Positions 18,396 to 27,756 of a DNA stretch of 64,000 nucleotides are shown here, piece by piece. Every line of letters starts with the position of its first letter. The stretch's first letter is position 1. Origin of the DNA: an uncultured Oscillibacter sp. (GTDB lineage Bacteria; Bacillota; Clostridia; Oscillospirales; Oscillospiraceae); NCBI GenBank assembly GCA_900550685.1, contig URTS01000001.1, positions 5,271 through 69,270 of the forward strand, given 5' to 3'. Made by a program: the position numbers and the translations under genes. The notes beneath the pieces were generated by a model. The model saw nothing but the letters and a program-made list of their open reading frames with translations, searched no databases and was not told the origin of the DNA.

Positions 18396-18886
18396 AGCAG
18401 CACCCCCAGCAGCTCGTCCATCAGCTCGTCTGATGCCGCCGCCCAGTCGTCCGGGTATCCTGCCCAGGCCGTGCCGGTATGCGCCAGCTCGTCCAGCTCG
18501 TCCGAATGCTCCAGGCAGTAGTCTGCGAGCGCTTCCCAGGCCAGGCCGGGGGTGGAGCAGCTCCGGATGAACGCAGCCTCAGCGGTGACTCCCCGCCGCA
18601 TCTCCCAGCTCTGGCTGGCGTGGTCCCAGCAGAGGCTCCAGCGTCCGGGCTCCGTGTCTGGGGCGTGGACGGCCGCCAGCTCCGCGCGCGGCATCTTGGG
18701 AAAGAGGGTGGGGAAACGCGTGCCGGGCCGCACGATGATGCGGAATCCGGTGGGGGCGTGTGCGGTTCCGCCGTCCCGCCACCCATCGGGGATGGCAGGC
18801 AGAACGGGCGTCCAGCCGAGGCTGGGGGTGGTACGCGAGACGGTGCCCCAGGGGGTGCTGCAGATATATCCGACAATATTGTCCAT
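18392..18886 (-). CDS. Hypothetical protein
   Basis: RBS GAGGAGG before MDNIVG; coupled to the next ORF. Confidence 0.65.
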   Translation of the reverse strand: MDNIVGYICSTPWGTVSRTTPSLGWTPVLPAIPDGWRDGGTAHAPTGFRIIVRPGTRFPTLFPKMPRAELAAVHAPDTEPGRWSLCWDHASQSWEMRRGVTAEAAFIRSCSTPGLAWEALADYCLEHSDELDELAHTGTAWAGYPDDWAAASDELMDELLGVLL

Positions 18887-18966
18887 AGGAATCCTCCTCT
18901 CTCCCAGACCGGACAACTCTCAGGGAGATCTCGTATTTCCCGGAGCCGGGGCTCCGGGCTCTGATT

Positions 18967-19332
18967 TTATTGCTCCTGTGGCGGCTGCCAAACCGCTTCC
19001 ATCATCCACGTTCCCGGCCCCCATACATTCGGAACAACCCGGATTCTGTCCCCGTGCCACATGGCAATCAGAGCGGAGTCTCTGGAGAAGTACAGCTTGC
19101 CCTCCGGCTCGAACCGCTCGGCCCACTCCGGCGGCACGCGGTCCGGTGTCCACTCCTCAGGCGGCATAGCTCCCGGCGCGTACCGCTCCATCCATGCTGC
19201 GTACACGTCACGGAACTCCGTGGAGTTCTGCGGGATACAGCCGTCCAGGATCTCTGCTATGAGGCTCGGCGCGATGTTGCGCACCTGCGGTCCCTCATCG
19301 GGCATGATGCCGTAAATATGCATTTCAATCAT
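18967..19332 (-). CDS. Hypothetical protein (121 aa)
   Basis: Overlaps the upstream ORF stop; resembles its neighbour. Confidence 0.65.
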   Translation of the reverse strand: MIEMHIYGIMPDEGPQVRNIAPSLIAEILDGCIPQNSTEFRDVYAAWMERYAPGAMPPEEWTPDRVPPEWAERFEPEGKLYFSRDSALIAMWHGDRIRVVPNVWGPGTWMMEAVWQPPQEQ

Positions 19333-19579
19333 GTTCCATCACCCACCTAACATTCTCTCCGTCGTTGAACGAAATCTCGTCGCTGCCATCCAGCGAGAAC
19401 CCATCATCACGGAACGACGGGCCGTCTTCATCGTCGAGTTCGTGCCACCACTTCAGCGCTGCCTGCATGAACTCTTCCGAGGTCTTAGGGAGTCCTCCGC
19501 AGCAGCGTATTATCGCCTCGGCATCGAGCTCGAACTTGTCCCCCGTCGGTTTGTATACGGAGTATACTTTAATCCCCAT
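19325..19579 (-). CDS. Hypothetical protein (~84 aa, MGIKVY)
   Basis: TAATG coupling with the 302-aa ORF; RBS GAGGAG. Confidence 0.65.
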   Translation of the reverse strand: MGIKVYSVYKPTGDKFELDAEAIIRCCGGLPKTSEEFMQAALKWWHELDDEDGPSFRDDGFSLDGSDEISFNDGENVRWVMEHD

Positions 19580-20487
19580 TAAAACAGCATCTCCTCTCTC
19601 ACGATATCCGGATGGTACGTGACGTTCTCGTTTATCCACGCCACTACCTCTTCCTTGCTCATGCGCTCCACGCAGTACTTGTACGACGCGACGGCCACAT
19701 ACGATATAGAGCTTGCTATCTCGATGAACATCGGGTAGTCCCTCTCATCGAATGCAGCGCAGTCCATAGTGCAGTACTGCACATACGGCAGGTGGTTTAT
19801 GCCCATGGCAATAACCTCGTCCTGCGTGTGCCAGCTGCCGATGCATCGGGCCATGTGGTTTATCGTGGCCGGTATCGTTCGAGATAGTTTTGTGGTAGCA
19901 GCCCGGCAATGTGCAGCGACGAAGTCATTGAGGCTAAAATGAGCTGCGGCGGCTCGGCCAACGGCGGCAGGGGTATTGCCCTCAATCTGTGTTCCGTCCT
20001 TGAACGGATGCTTCGCCCTCTTCAGTCGGCCGCGCTCATTGAGTATGTAGACACCATCTCCGGCAGCAAGCGCGTCTATTATGTCGCCAACGGGAACGTT
20101 TACCGCGCGTGCAACCTGTACCGCGCGGAATATATCGCGCATGGCTGGGTGTCTCTCAAATATGACCCTGCTGTTCGGTTCATAGAGCGCCTGTCCCGCC
20201 CACTTGACGGCCTCCTGACACCGCTGCCACGCGCCGGGCGTTCTAATATCGCCGACATGGGCGATCATGAGCAAGTCCACCACCTGCTCTATGACGGCGT
20301 TGACGGAGTCCTTCGGTATTTTTTCAAGGACGATTGCCCTCACACTGTTAACCGGCCACGTCATGTCAAGAGCGATAACCTGCGCGAAACACACGGCCTC
20401 CGCGTCTGCGTTGGGTGTTCCGTCCCACCTCCCGGATAATACGAGCTCTCGGGCGTATGCAATAGTTTCTCTGCAAATAAATGGCAT
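19579..20487 (-). CDS. Hypothetical protein (302 aa)
   Basis: RBS AAGGAGGT; own promoter TTGCAG-18-TATTAT. Confidence 0.75.
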   Translation of the reverse strand: MPFICRETIAYARELVLSGRWDGTPNADAEAVCFAQVIALDMTWPVNSVRAIVLEKIPKDSVNAVIEQVVDLLMIAHVGDIRTPGAWQRCQEAVKWAGQALYEPNSRVIFERHPAMRDIFRAVQVARAVNVPVGDIIDALAAGDGVYILNERGRLKRAKHPFKDGTQIEGNTPAAVGRAAAAHFSLNDFVAAHCRAATTKLSRTIPATINHMARCIGSWHTQDEVIAMGINHLPYVQYCTMDCAAFDERDYPMFIEIASSISYVAVASYKYCVERMSKEEVVAWINENVTYHPDIVREEMLF

Positions 20488-20602
20488 AATGTTACCTCCT
20501 TCGATTACATAATATCACACGCGAATTACTGTCTGCAACCCGCATTGGGGTTGCAAATGCCACACCGGATATCGTATTATGCACAAAAAAGTGGTGCTAA
20601 AT

Positions 20603-20750
20603 ATGTGTAATAAGATAACAGCCGGGTCAATCATTCTCGGTCTAAAGGCTGCGTTTTGGGCTTATTCTGGGAGAGGATACCGCGTCCGCCTTCCTGCTGT
20701 TTACTTTGTGGTACGGGTTCAAGCTCATCTGTTGGTTCTTCGGGATGTAG
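20603..20750 (+). pseudogene. Small two-TM protein gene with a +1 frameshift
   Basis: Removing one T from GCGTTTTGGG gives MCNKITAGSIILGLKAAFGLILGEDTASAFLLFTLWYGFKLICWFFGM; flanked by a promoter and a terminator (20753-20783). Confidence 0.5.
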
Positions 20751-20839
20751 AGAGAGGGTTGGACGTATCCAACCCTCTTTTTTATGCTTCGCAGATACAT
20801 ACCGCTTCGTGTATAGTATCCAACAAATAGCGATTCGCT

Positions 20840-21883
20840 TCAACTCGCTCCGCTGCAAGGAATAATTCGGGCGTATTCCAGTTTTCTGCCCCACAGCTTA
20901 CCCACAAAATCAATCTGCCAATCCCAGCAGACTACGCCAATTTTCGGATCGCCGGCGAACCGCAGCAGCTTGGTCAGGTTGCAGGTGAGGAACTCCACCA
21001 CCTGCAGCGAGCCAATCAGCGCGTCGCACCGGTACATCGCAGCAGCCTGTATCTGCTCCTGTGTGAACTGCTGGTGGAGGATATCCTCCGGCGAGTTCTG
21101 AGTGATGAACCGGAGCCCGCGCACGCCGTCAATGGTTGCCGGGACGTAGCGGTACTCCTGCCCTGTGCATTGCCTATCATATACAGCAGCAGCGAGCGTA
21201 TTCTGCATATTCCGTTGCTGCAGCATATGCAGCAGCGAGTCATCGGACGGCGCGATGAGCAGTGCCTCATATTGGTGTATCGGCGTCTGGATGCCGGAGA
21301 CTTGCGCGCGCTCCGCGCTGCAGAGGAGAGATTCCTGGCGCTCCCCGCTGCAAGATATGCGCAGGTTGCGGCCGTTGCTGGCGGTGACGGTGCCGCAGAA
21401 ACCGGGTGAGTAAATGTAGCCGCTCGCACGCGTGCCGTTCATGCGCTGCTGCTGGCCCGGGACTTTGAGGTCACGCCGCAGCACAGCTATGCTCCGGTCT
21501 GAACCATCGGTCAGTTCTGGGGATTTTGTTCGAATCAGGGGCACTCTGTAGAACTGAGCGGTGATTCCCGCCGCATACGCCATGCAGAGGAAGTCTGAAG
21601 CGCGAACATACGCGTCAACGTGCAGTTTATCGCAGCCGGGTGCATCGTTATTGGAGAGTGCGAGGTAGAGATTCCATTCATCTTCGGTCAGTTCTGCACG
21701 CGCCTCCTGTCCGAGCCGAACAATGCGATGCGGCGCACGCCTGATGAGCTTGTCCGCATACATCTCCGCTACGCACTTCTCCATGTATTTCTCACTCGGA
21801 TGCAGCATATTGAGCGTGCGCCGCTTAACCATAACGCCCATGGACACAACAGCGAGGATATCGTGCTTGAGTTTGTTTTCCAT
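20840..21883 (-). CDS. Hypothetical protein, possible divergent replication-relaxation (relaxase-like) protein
   Basis: RBS AAAGGAGG; N-terminal wHTH-like region; 14-bp inverted repeat upstream; family call is recollection only. Confidence 0.5.
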   Translation of the reverse strand: MENKLKHDILAVVSMGVMVKRRTLNMLHPSEKYMEKCVAEMYADKLIRRAPHRIVRLGQEARAELTEDEWNLYLALSNNDAPGCDKLHVDAYVRASDFLCMAYAAGITAQFYRVPLIRTKSPELTDGSDRSIAVLRRDLKVPGQQQRMNGTRASGYIYSPGFCGTVTASNGRNLRISCSGERQESLLCSAERAQVSGIQTPIHQYEALLIAPSDDSLLHMLQQRNMQNTLAAAVYDRQCTGQEYRYVPATIDGVRGLRFITQNSPEDILHQQFTQEQIQAAAMYRCDALIGSLQVVEFLTCNLTKLLRFAGDPKIGVVCWDWQIDFVGKLWGRKLEYARIIPCSGAS

Positions 21884-22279
21884 AGACTATGCCTCCTTTA
21901 CCCTGTCGGTTAAATAGTGCTAAAACGGTTGGATTCCGTTGAATTTTGCGGATAGAACCGAGGTAGGGTTTACGCAGGCCGAAAAATCGCGAAACCCTAC
22001 CTCGGAATTTACCCATAGCGCCTGCCCCAACGCACACATCTATGGGCCTGGGGAGCACCTGTGCAGCCCAATTGGCGGTGCCTCATCATGCCATTGGCAC
22101 CCAACGCCGAGATCGGCTGCAAAATCAGACGTGCACGGATGATCTCGCGCCGGAGGGTGACTGCCTGACATACCGTGAGGTCTGCTTAGTCTGCAACCGT
22201 GCGGTGCTTTTTAGCGTTATCGCGTAATGCGATGGATCGGCGCGTCCATGCCGCCGGCAGAATTGCCCTGAGCGAGAGG

Positions 22280-22549
22280 TCAGTCTCCACCGTCTGCCGC
22301 CTCCAATACACACGTCCCGTATGCGCACTTTTCTGGGTACTCCCTAACGTTCGGGTCCTTCACGACATACCATTTCCTCCCATTCAGCCGGACGTACAGG
22401 CGATGCTCACGGTCTTGGCGGACCTTGCGCACATGCACGCAGTCGATCCAACCGCGACGCTAGTCATCCTCCGTGCAAGTCAGCACGATGTAGCTGCCAC
22501 AGCAAGGACCGCCATAGCCATCGACATAATACACTTGGTCGTTCAACAT
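22280..22549 (-). pseudogene. 89-codon ORF with in-frame TAG at codon 30
   Basis: RBS GAGGTGA; MLNDQVYYVDG...TEDD*RRGWIDCVHVRKVRQD...; absent from the ORF track. Confidence 0.55.
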
Positions 22550-22558
22550 ATTATCACC

Positions 22559-22900
22559 TCAAAAGTCGTAGTCGGCCTCGTCAAAGCGGCGCTCGACATA
22601 CTCCCTCAATGCATAGTCGGCCAGGTCCAGCAGCGCATTATCAATGGTCTCGTTGCAGACCCGATCGGTCTCTCCATCGCGGGAGAGGGCAATCAGCTGG
22701 GACACCTTGTCGTACAGCTTACCTGCGGTGTAGCACGGGATTTTCCGGTGACCCTCGATATAGGTGTTGCCATAGTCATGGATCCTCCGCTGGTAGGTAT
22801 CGAGCATGTCATCGATGCTCTCGCGGTACGCAGCAATGCGGAAGTCTTCCTCGGGGGTAATGGCAGGGGGGGGGGCGGGGGTGGTTTTCTGCTTTTTCCT
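22559..22900 (-). pseudogene. DUF1599/nucleotide-modification-associated domain gene; start codon apparently ATG>AGG
   Basis: HDYGN...DK...E.I...LLDLADYA signature; RBS AAAGGAG 6 nt before AGG-AAA-AAG. Confidence 0.6.
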
Positions 22901-23183
22901 TGGGTACTCCTTTCTGGCGGTGCGTGGGAAAATAAAAAAAGAGGGCGGCACCATAGCTACCCTCATCCCACGCATAATGTGGAATGGGATAAAACTACGA
23001 TGCCGCCCTCTGTTGTGTGTCAGTGGGGGTGTAAACGTGCCGGCCCTGCCCCGGGTCTCCTGCCTCGCCCTCCTACGCTATCCTCTCAATTGAGGCCTCG
23101 GGTAGTCGGCGCGCTGTCCTGGCGGTGTGCATTTGCCTCGGGCCCCGTTTCCGGTGGACTGGCCCTCTTGCTTTTTTGATTAT

Positions 23184-23212
23184 AGTATAGCGCATTTTCG
23201 AGTGTTTGTCAA
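23184..23212 (-). promoter_or_regulatory. Near-consensus sigma-A promoter
   Basis: TTGACA-17bp-TATACT. Confidence 0.8.
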
Positions 23213-23289
23213 GCGTTTGCCAAGCGTTTTTGACAAAAATTTTTATATTTTTTGTATCATTCCAATAACGGGACAATCGTTTTGTAACA

Positions 23290-23721
23290 TCATGGGAGAA
23301 CAATACCGATGATATTGTGATACTTTGGCAGCGTCTCCGCATAGCGGCTGTCGAGGCTGTTGGCACGGTTATCGCCCAATACAAATATCTCATCATCCCC
23401 CAAGTTCCACGTGCCGGGAGGCTGCGTCTCAGGCCCTTCCAGCACGCCGTCCGGCGTCTCCACGATGCCGTCATGGATGTACACGATATCGCCAGGGAGT
23501 CCGATGAGCCGCTTGCAATATATCCGCCAGCCGTCGCGGTACAGGACAATATCTCCGCGTTCCGGTTCCGGCGCAAACGGCCACCGGACGCAGCGGTATA
23601 TATGCCACGGCTTGATTGTCGGCTCCATGCTGCCGGTGGGTGTGTAGGTTAGATTCCAGCCCACGGCCAGCATCAGCAGCATCACGATAGGCAGCCAGTG
23701 CCGTCGGATGAACCTAAACAT
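23290..23721 (-). CDS. Signal peptidase I (S26)
   Basis: TM anchor, GSMEPT (Ser), YCKRLIGLPGD (Lys), GDNRANSLDSRY. Confidence 0.9.
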   Translation of the reverse strand: MFRFIRRHWLPIVMLLMLAVGWNLTYTPTGSMEPTIKPWHIYRCVRWPFAPEPERGDIVLYRDGWRIYCKRLIGLPGDIVYIHDGIVETPDGVLEGPETQPPGTWNLGDDEIFVLGDNRANSLDSRYAETLPKYHNIIGIVLP

Positions 23722-24100
23722 TGTCAATGAACAGCTTACGGGCCTTGCCGAGCGTAATATACTCTCGCATGGTGTCCGCGATGTTGTCCGCCTGAACATC
23801 GGTCAGTTTGTCGACGTTGTCCGCAATATAGTCACGCGGGTTCCATTCCCCATCCTGCGGGAGGGCGCTGTCTACACGCAGCAGCTCATCGGCGGTGACT
23901 CCGAGAGCCCGTGAGATGCGCACGATATTCCGGGGACTGGGCGACGATACGCCCTGCACGTATTTGTTGATGCCCGAACGGGCGATGCCGAGCTTCTGCG
24001 CAATGGCAGCCTGCGTGGTTCCGCGCTCGTTGATAAGACGCTGCAGGTTGCGGCCGATGACCTCGGCGTAATCGTAATCCTCTTGGGGCAAGTTGCTCAT
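23714..24100 (-). CDS. XRE-family HTH regulator
   Basis: TQAAIAQKLGIARSGINKYVQG..SPS; promoter TTGACG-17-TACAAT at 24133-24161. Confidence 0.9.
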   Translation of the reverse strand: MSNLPQEDYDYAEVIGRNLQRLINERGTTQAAIAQKLGIARSGINKYVQGVSSPSPRNIVRISRALGVTADELLRVDSALPQDGEWNPRDYIADNVDKLTDVQADNIADTMREYITLGKARKLFIDNV

Positions 24101-24545
24101 GTCCTATCTCCTCTCAGATAGCGTTCAAACGCATTGTATCATCGCATCAGACAGCCGTCAAGCGCAGCCGGGTGTTGGTAGTACGCCTCCCCAGTGTGCT
24201 TGCAAACAAGGGTGGCCAGCGTCAGCGATCCATGCGGCTGTAGGCAGCAAGCAGCTCCTCTGGTGTAGGCTCTGCGGGCGGCAGCTCGGGAAGGCTGGGT
24301 AGGCTCCTCGTCGGACCCCTGCGGGGTCCCGAAGCATCAGGCAGAAGACCTGCAGAAGCGTGGGCTCCGTGCAAGGATTGCTGCGCAAAGGAGCCTCCCG
24401 GCGCATAAAATTGGCTGCGGTGTCCACAAATAAAGCGCATGGGAAAACTGGATTTTTGAAAATTGTGTTGGTACACCAAAAAACCAATACCGCAGATTCC
24501 AAAAGACCGGAAACCATGAGAAAAGCCGCCAAATGGCGGCTTTTC

Positions 24546-24650
24546 AGTCTTTCAGCCGGGGTGGTTTCTTATATACGAGGTCTTGATCTCCCTTTTCCGC
24601 GTACAGCCGCCTCAGGAACGCCGCGATCTGGGCACAGGTACAAGTGTTAT
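24546..24650 (-). pseudogene. C-terminal fragment resembling an SLH domain
   Basis: NTCTCAQIAAFLRRL resembles SLH TCTRAQIVTFLYR; followed by a terminator hairpin at 24520-24545. Confidence 0.4.
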
Positions 24651-25025
24651 TTAGTAACCGTCAAAGTTAACGGCGCATAGCCCGCTGTCAAATCAGGAAC
24701 AGCTTCTCGATGCGCTCTTTTTCCTTCTTCTCTTCTTTATACGCTGTAATGAGCCGCGTAGCTAAATTCCTTTGCTTGTTAAACTAAGAACACCACATCA
24801 ATTTAGCTAAATCAATCGAATTTTGCCAAATCATGAAATTGTTAGATCTTCCCGTCTCTTGAATCTGTCATCAGCCATCGATGGGTTGCGGATGTCTCAC
24901 CCTCCGTGCTGTGCCCGGATGGTGTCATCACCGCATTCCGGAATTACCGCCAAAGGTATGCGCCCCCCTGTCACAATGTATCAGATGACTTTCCCATAGA
25001 TCTCCATGCATCGTTCCTCCCGGCG

Positions 25026-25775
25026 CTAACGATACCCTATCATCATATGGATTTCACCGATCATCTCACTCAGGTCTGCCCCATTACACTGTTGATTGAT
25101 CCGTTCTTTCACGGCCTTGGATATGGGATATACCACTTCAGACGGTTGAATCTCAACCCGTCTGCCGTTGACGGAAAAACGGTTCAGCGCATCCTCAAAG
25201 CTTTGAAGCGTGGGGAAAAGATTTTTGTCAATCTCCTCAAACTCATAGACGCACTGCACATCATCATGCGAAAACACTGTCGCGCTCTGGAGCGTTCGAA
25301 GGATCGGCAACGCTTCCGCGATCCCCTCCTGCGGAAAAATCTTTTTCCCTCCATCCATCATATCATAAATTTTCCTTGATAAGGCCGCTGATTGCCTGAA
25401 GCGAAGCTTCTCAAAGCATTCGTTTTGCAGCAATGGCCGGTCTTCTCGCATAGGGTGGATATAGCCGCGTTGGTATTGGCATCTGTAAAACGGCTGATAG
25501 CCAATTTGGAATGACACGCCGTCCAGGGCGCAGGAGCTCAGCGGATACGGGGTTTTTCTTGTAATAGCGTCCGGGTTTCTCATTCCGAAATACAAACACC
25601 CCATAGGGGTCATATAATCTGTCATCCAGTCCGGCGAGTGAAATATCATGCCAAACCGGGGATCTGCCTCTGCCGTAGGCGCTTTGTCAATGTCCTGCTG
25701 TGTCAGGGGACGGTAGGAATCCGTATCCCACTCATACTTGCAGGTTGCGAAGAACAATGCGACTCTGGCGTCATT
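25026..25775 (-). pseudogene. 5'-truncated FRG-domain gene
   Basis: NDARVALFFATC and R..YQRG FRG-like motifs; N-terminus missing. Confidence 0.6.
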
Positions 25776-26026
25776 TTGTTCAATTATTGAAGTCTCATAA
25801 AATTGAAATCTGACTACTTCCCCAGCTTTTACCCAATCTCTGTGGTCCCATTGACGCCGGCATTCCCTGTGAGAAAAGTAATTAACGTAAGCAGCAGCGG
25901 CTCTGCTGCTTACGCAGAACTTACAGCATGGGATGAAAATCAGTGGAAAATTTCAACTTTACAAGTACGGCAAAAACGTGCTGCAATCGAGATCAAGAGA
26001 AAAATGCAAAATCGGAGGTAACTGCC

Positions 26027-26275
26027 GTGCTTACTCAGGAAGATTTACAGGCTCTGCAAACAATGATGGAAACTACCATTGATAAGAAGCTGGAACCTAT
26101 CAACGGCAGGCTCGACGCTATCGACGTCAGGCTTGATACTATCGACGGCAGGCTTGACACCATCGAAAACGACATGGCAGAAGTAAAAAAATCCCTTGCC
26201 GAAGTCAGAGAAGCGACAAATTACCTGCTGGAATTGGTAGACGGTAAGGAAAAGGCTATTAGAAAGCTTATATAA
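26027..26275 (+). CDS. Small coiled-coil protein with 7-aa (21-bp) repeats
   Basis: RBS GGAGGT plus GTG start; INGRLDA-IDVRLDT-IDGRLDT. Confidence 0.75.
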   Translation: MLTQEDLQALQTMMETTIDKKLEPINGRLDAIDVRLDTIDGRLDTIENDMAEVKKSLAEVREATNYLLELVDGKEKAIRKLI

Positions 26276-26820
26276 CAGCTCGAAAATACCGAGGGTTACA
26301 GGCAATATTCACAGGGACGCAAGTTGAAACTGCGTCTTATAAGGGGCGGACAGCATTTGCTGTCTGCTTTCTTGCGTTTTTTCTCTGGACCATTGCTGCT
26401 ATATAACGAAGGTCCGGCACACCTCCTATATGGGTACTTCCCTTTTGCGAACCGGCTATAAGAATCCTGGCAGCGATCTATAACTTCTGCCTGCTCATTC
26501 TTATATTCGCAAAACGAAGTCATTTTGGATATTATTGCATCAAATGATTCCGCCCTGACAATCAGCCGTATGAAAGAACGCCGTGCCAACGATTGGACAC
26601 GTTATGTTTCCACCGATTGAGACGGAGCCTGCTTTACCCGATCACCACTCCCCTATTCTTTCATTTTCAAAGAACCTGCCGCGGTGTCCTGCGGCAGGTT
26701 CTCTTTTGTATCCGGCGCGGCGTGCTGATTGAATCGCTCACCGCTAAAATGACAGCGTAAACGTATAAAAAGACGGCAGAGGCTGAAGTTTTCTCCGTCT
26801 CTGCCGCCTTCCTCCCTTTT

Positions 26821-27200
26821 TTACTTGGACAGGTTTTCGGTGCAAAAAAGCTGGATGCAGTTTTCAATCATTGCCTGATCACAGTCTGTGGAAATACCGG
26901 ATGCTAGCCAGTAGGCATAATCACCGGCATCATACTGACCCAGGGCATCCAGATCACTGCCGTAGCGGAACTCAATGTGATAGGTAGTCGTGTTTGTATC
27001 GGGAGCCATGCAGAAGTAAGTAAATTCGCCGGAATCAGCGTCATCGCTCTCATACTCGTACAGGCCGCGGACCTCTTCCATACCTACATAGTGATAGGTG
27101 TGGGAGAACAGTTCGCTGCCGTCTGCACCATAGCCCTTGATTATAGAGTTTGCGCCATCAAATTCCAGCGTGCTCAGCCCCTCGGTAAAGGAGCAATCAT
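26821..27200 (-). pseudogene. C-terminal fragment of a ZinT/AdcA-like metal-binding protein
   Basis: LYEYES...FTYFC...YHIEFRYG; frame open upstream to the junction with the panE fragment. Confidence 0.55.
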
Positions 27201-27536
27201 AAGCGCCGCCGTTTCTGCGGCGCGCACATTATTGCCCACAAAAATGATGGTTTTCGCCCGGCTTGCCCGCAGCGTGTCCATCACGGATGCGATCTGCGTA
27301 TACCGCACGGCGGCGAAAATCACATCGTATGGGTCCTCCGGCTTCAGCGCGGTCACCACTGGGATCCGGCTCACCGACATGCGGGGAGAAAACGTATCCT
27401 TGATCCGAAGCCCGTTTGTCTGCAGCTCCTCTGCCCAGCTTCCCCGGGCCAGCAGGGCGGCATCCTTTCCGGCGCGGAACAGATTCCTTGCCAGATTGCA
27501 GCCCAGCACACCGGCACCGTATACTAAAATTTTCAT
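27174..27536 (-). pseudogene. N-terminal fragment of a ketopantoate reductase family gene
   Basis: MKILVYGAGVLG...LLARG...YDVIF..V; truncated at ~115 aa. Confidence 0.75.
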
Positions 27537-27756
27537 GGTGAAGTCTCCTGTTTCTGAAAAAATGTCAGTCTCTTCTCTGGGGCCTTCCCTGCCCTGCACC
27601 CGTGCTCATGGCTGCGCCGTGAACACGGCGTCGATATTTTCCTCTGTAAAAGCACAGATCCGACCCTAACCCCTTTTTCCAAGATTAGGGATTGTTTTTA
27701 TGCGCATTCTATGATATATTAAAAAGGTTGCAGTAGCATAAAGAGAGGAGATTGTC

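Larger units (their letters stand above)
18129..24477 (-). mobile_element. Putative decaying integrated island (~6.3 kb)
   Basis: Co-oriented hypothetical/MGE-type ORFs bounded by TGGTACACC direct repeats, each preceded by AAAATT; no integrase seen. Confidence 0.5.

Noticed and set aside
22199..23179. 326-aa plus-strand ORF
   Set aside because: Antisense to RBS-supported minus-strand genes and a leader; no recognisable features
18129..24477. Intact prophage or genetic-code-recoded phage
   Set aside because: No structural, terminase or integrase genes; TAG serves as a normal stop in other island ORFs
26098..26165. 21-bp repeats as iterons
   Set aside because: They encode heptad repeats of the coiled-coil ORF
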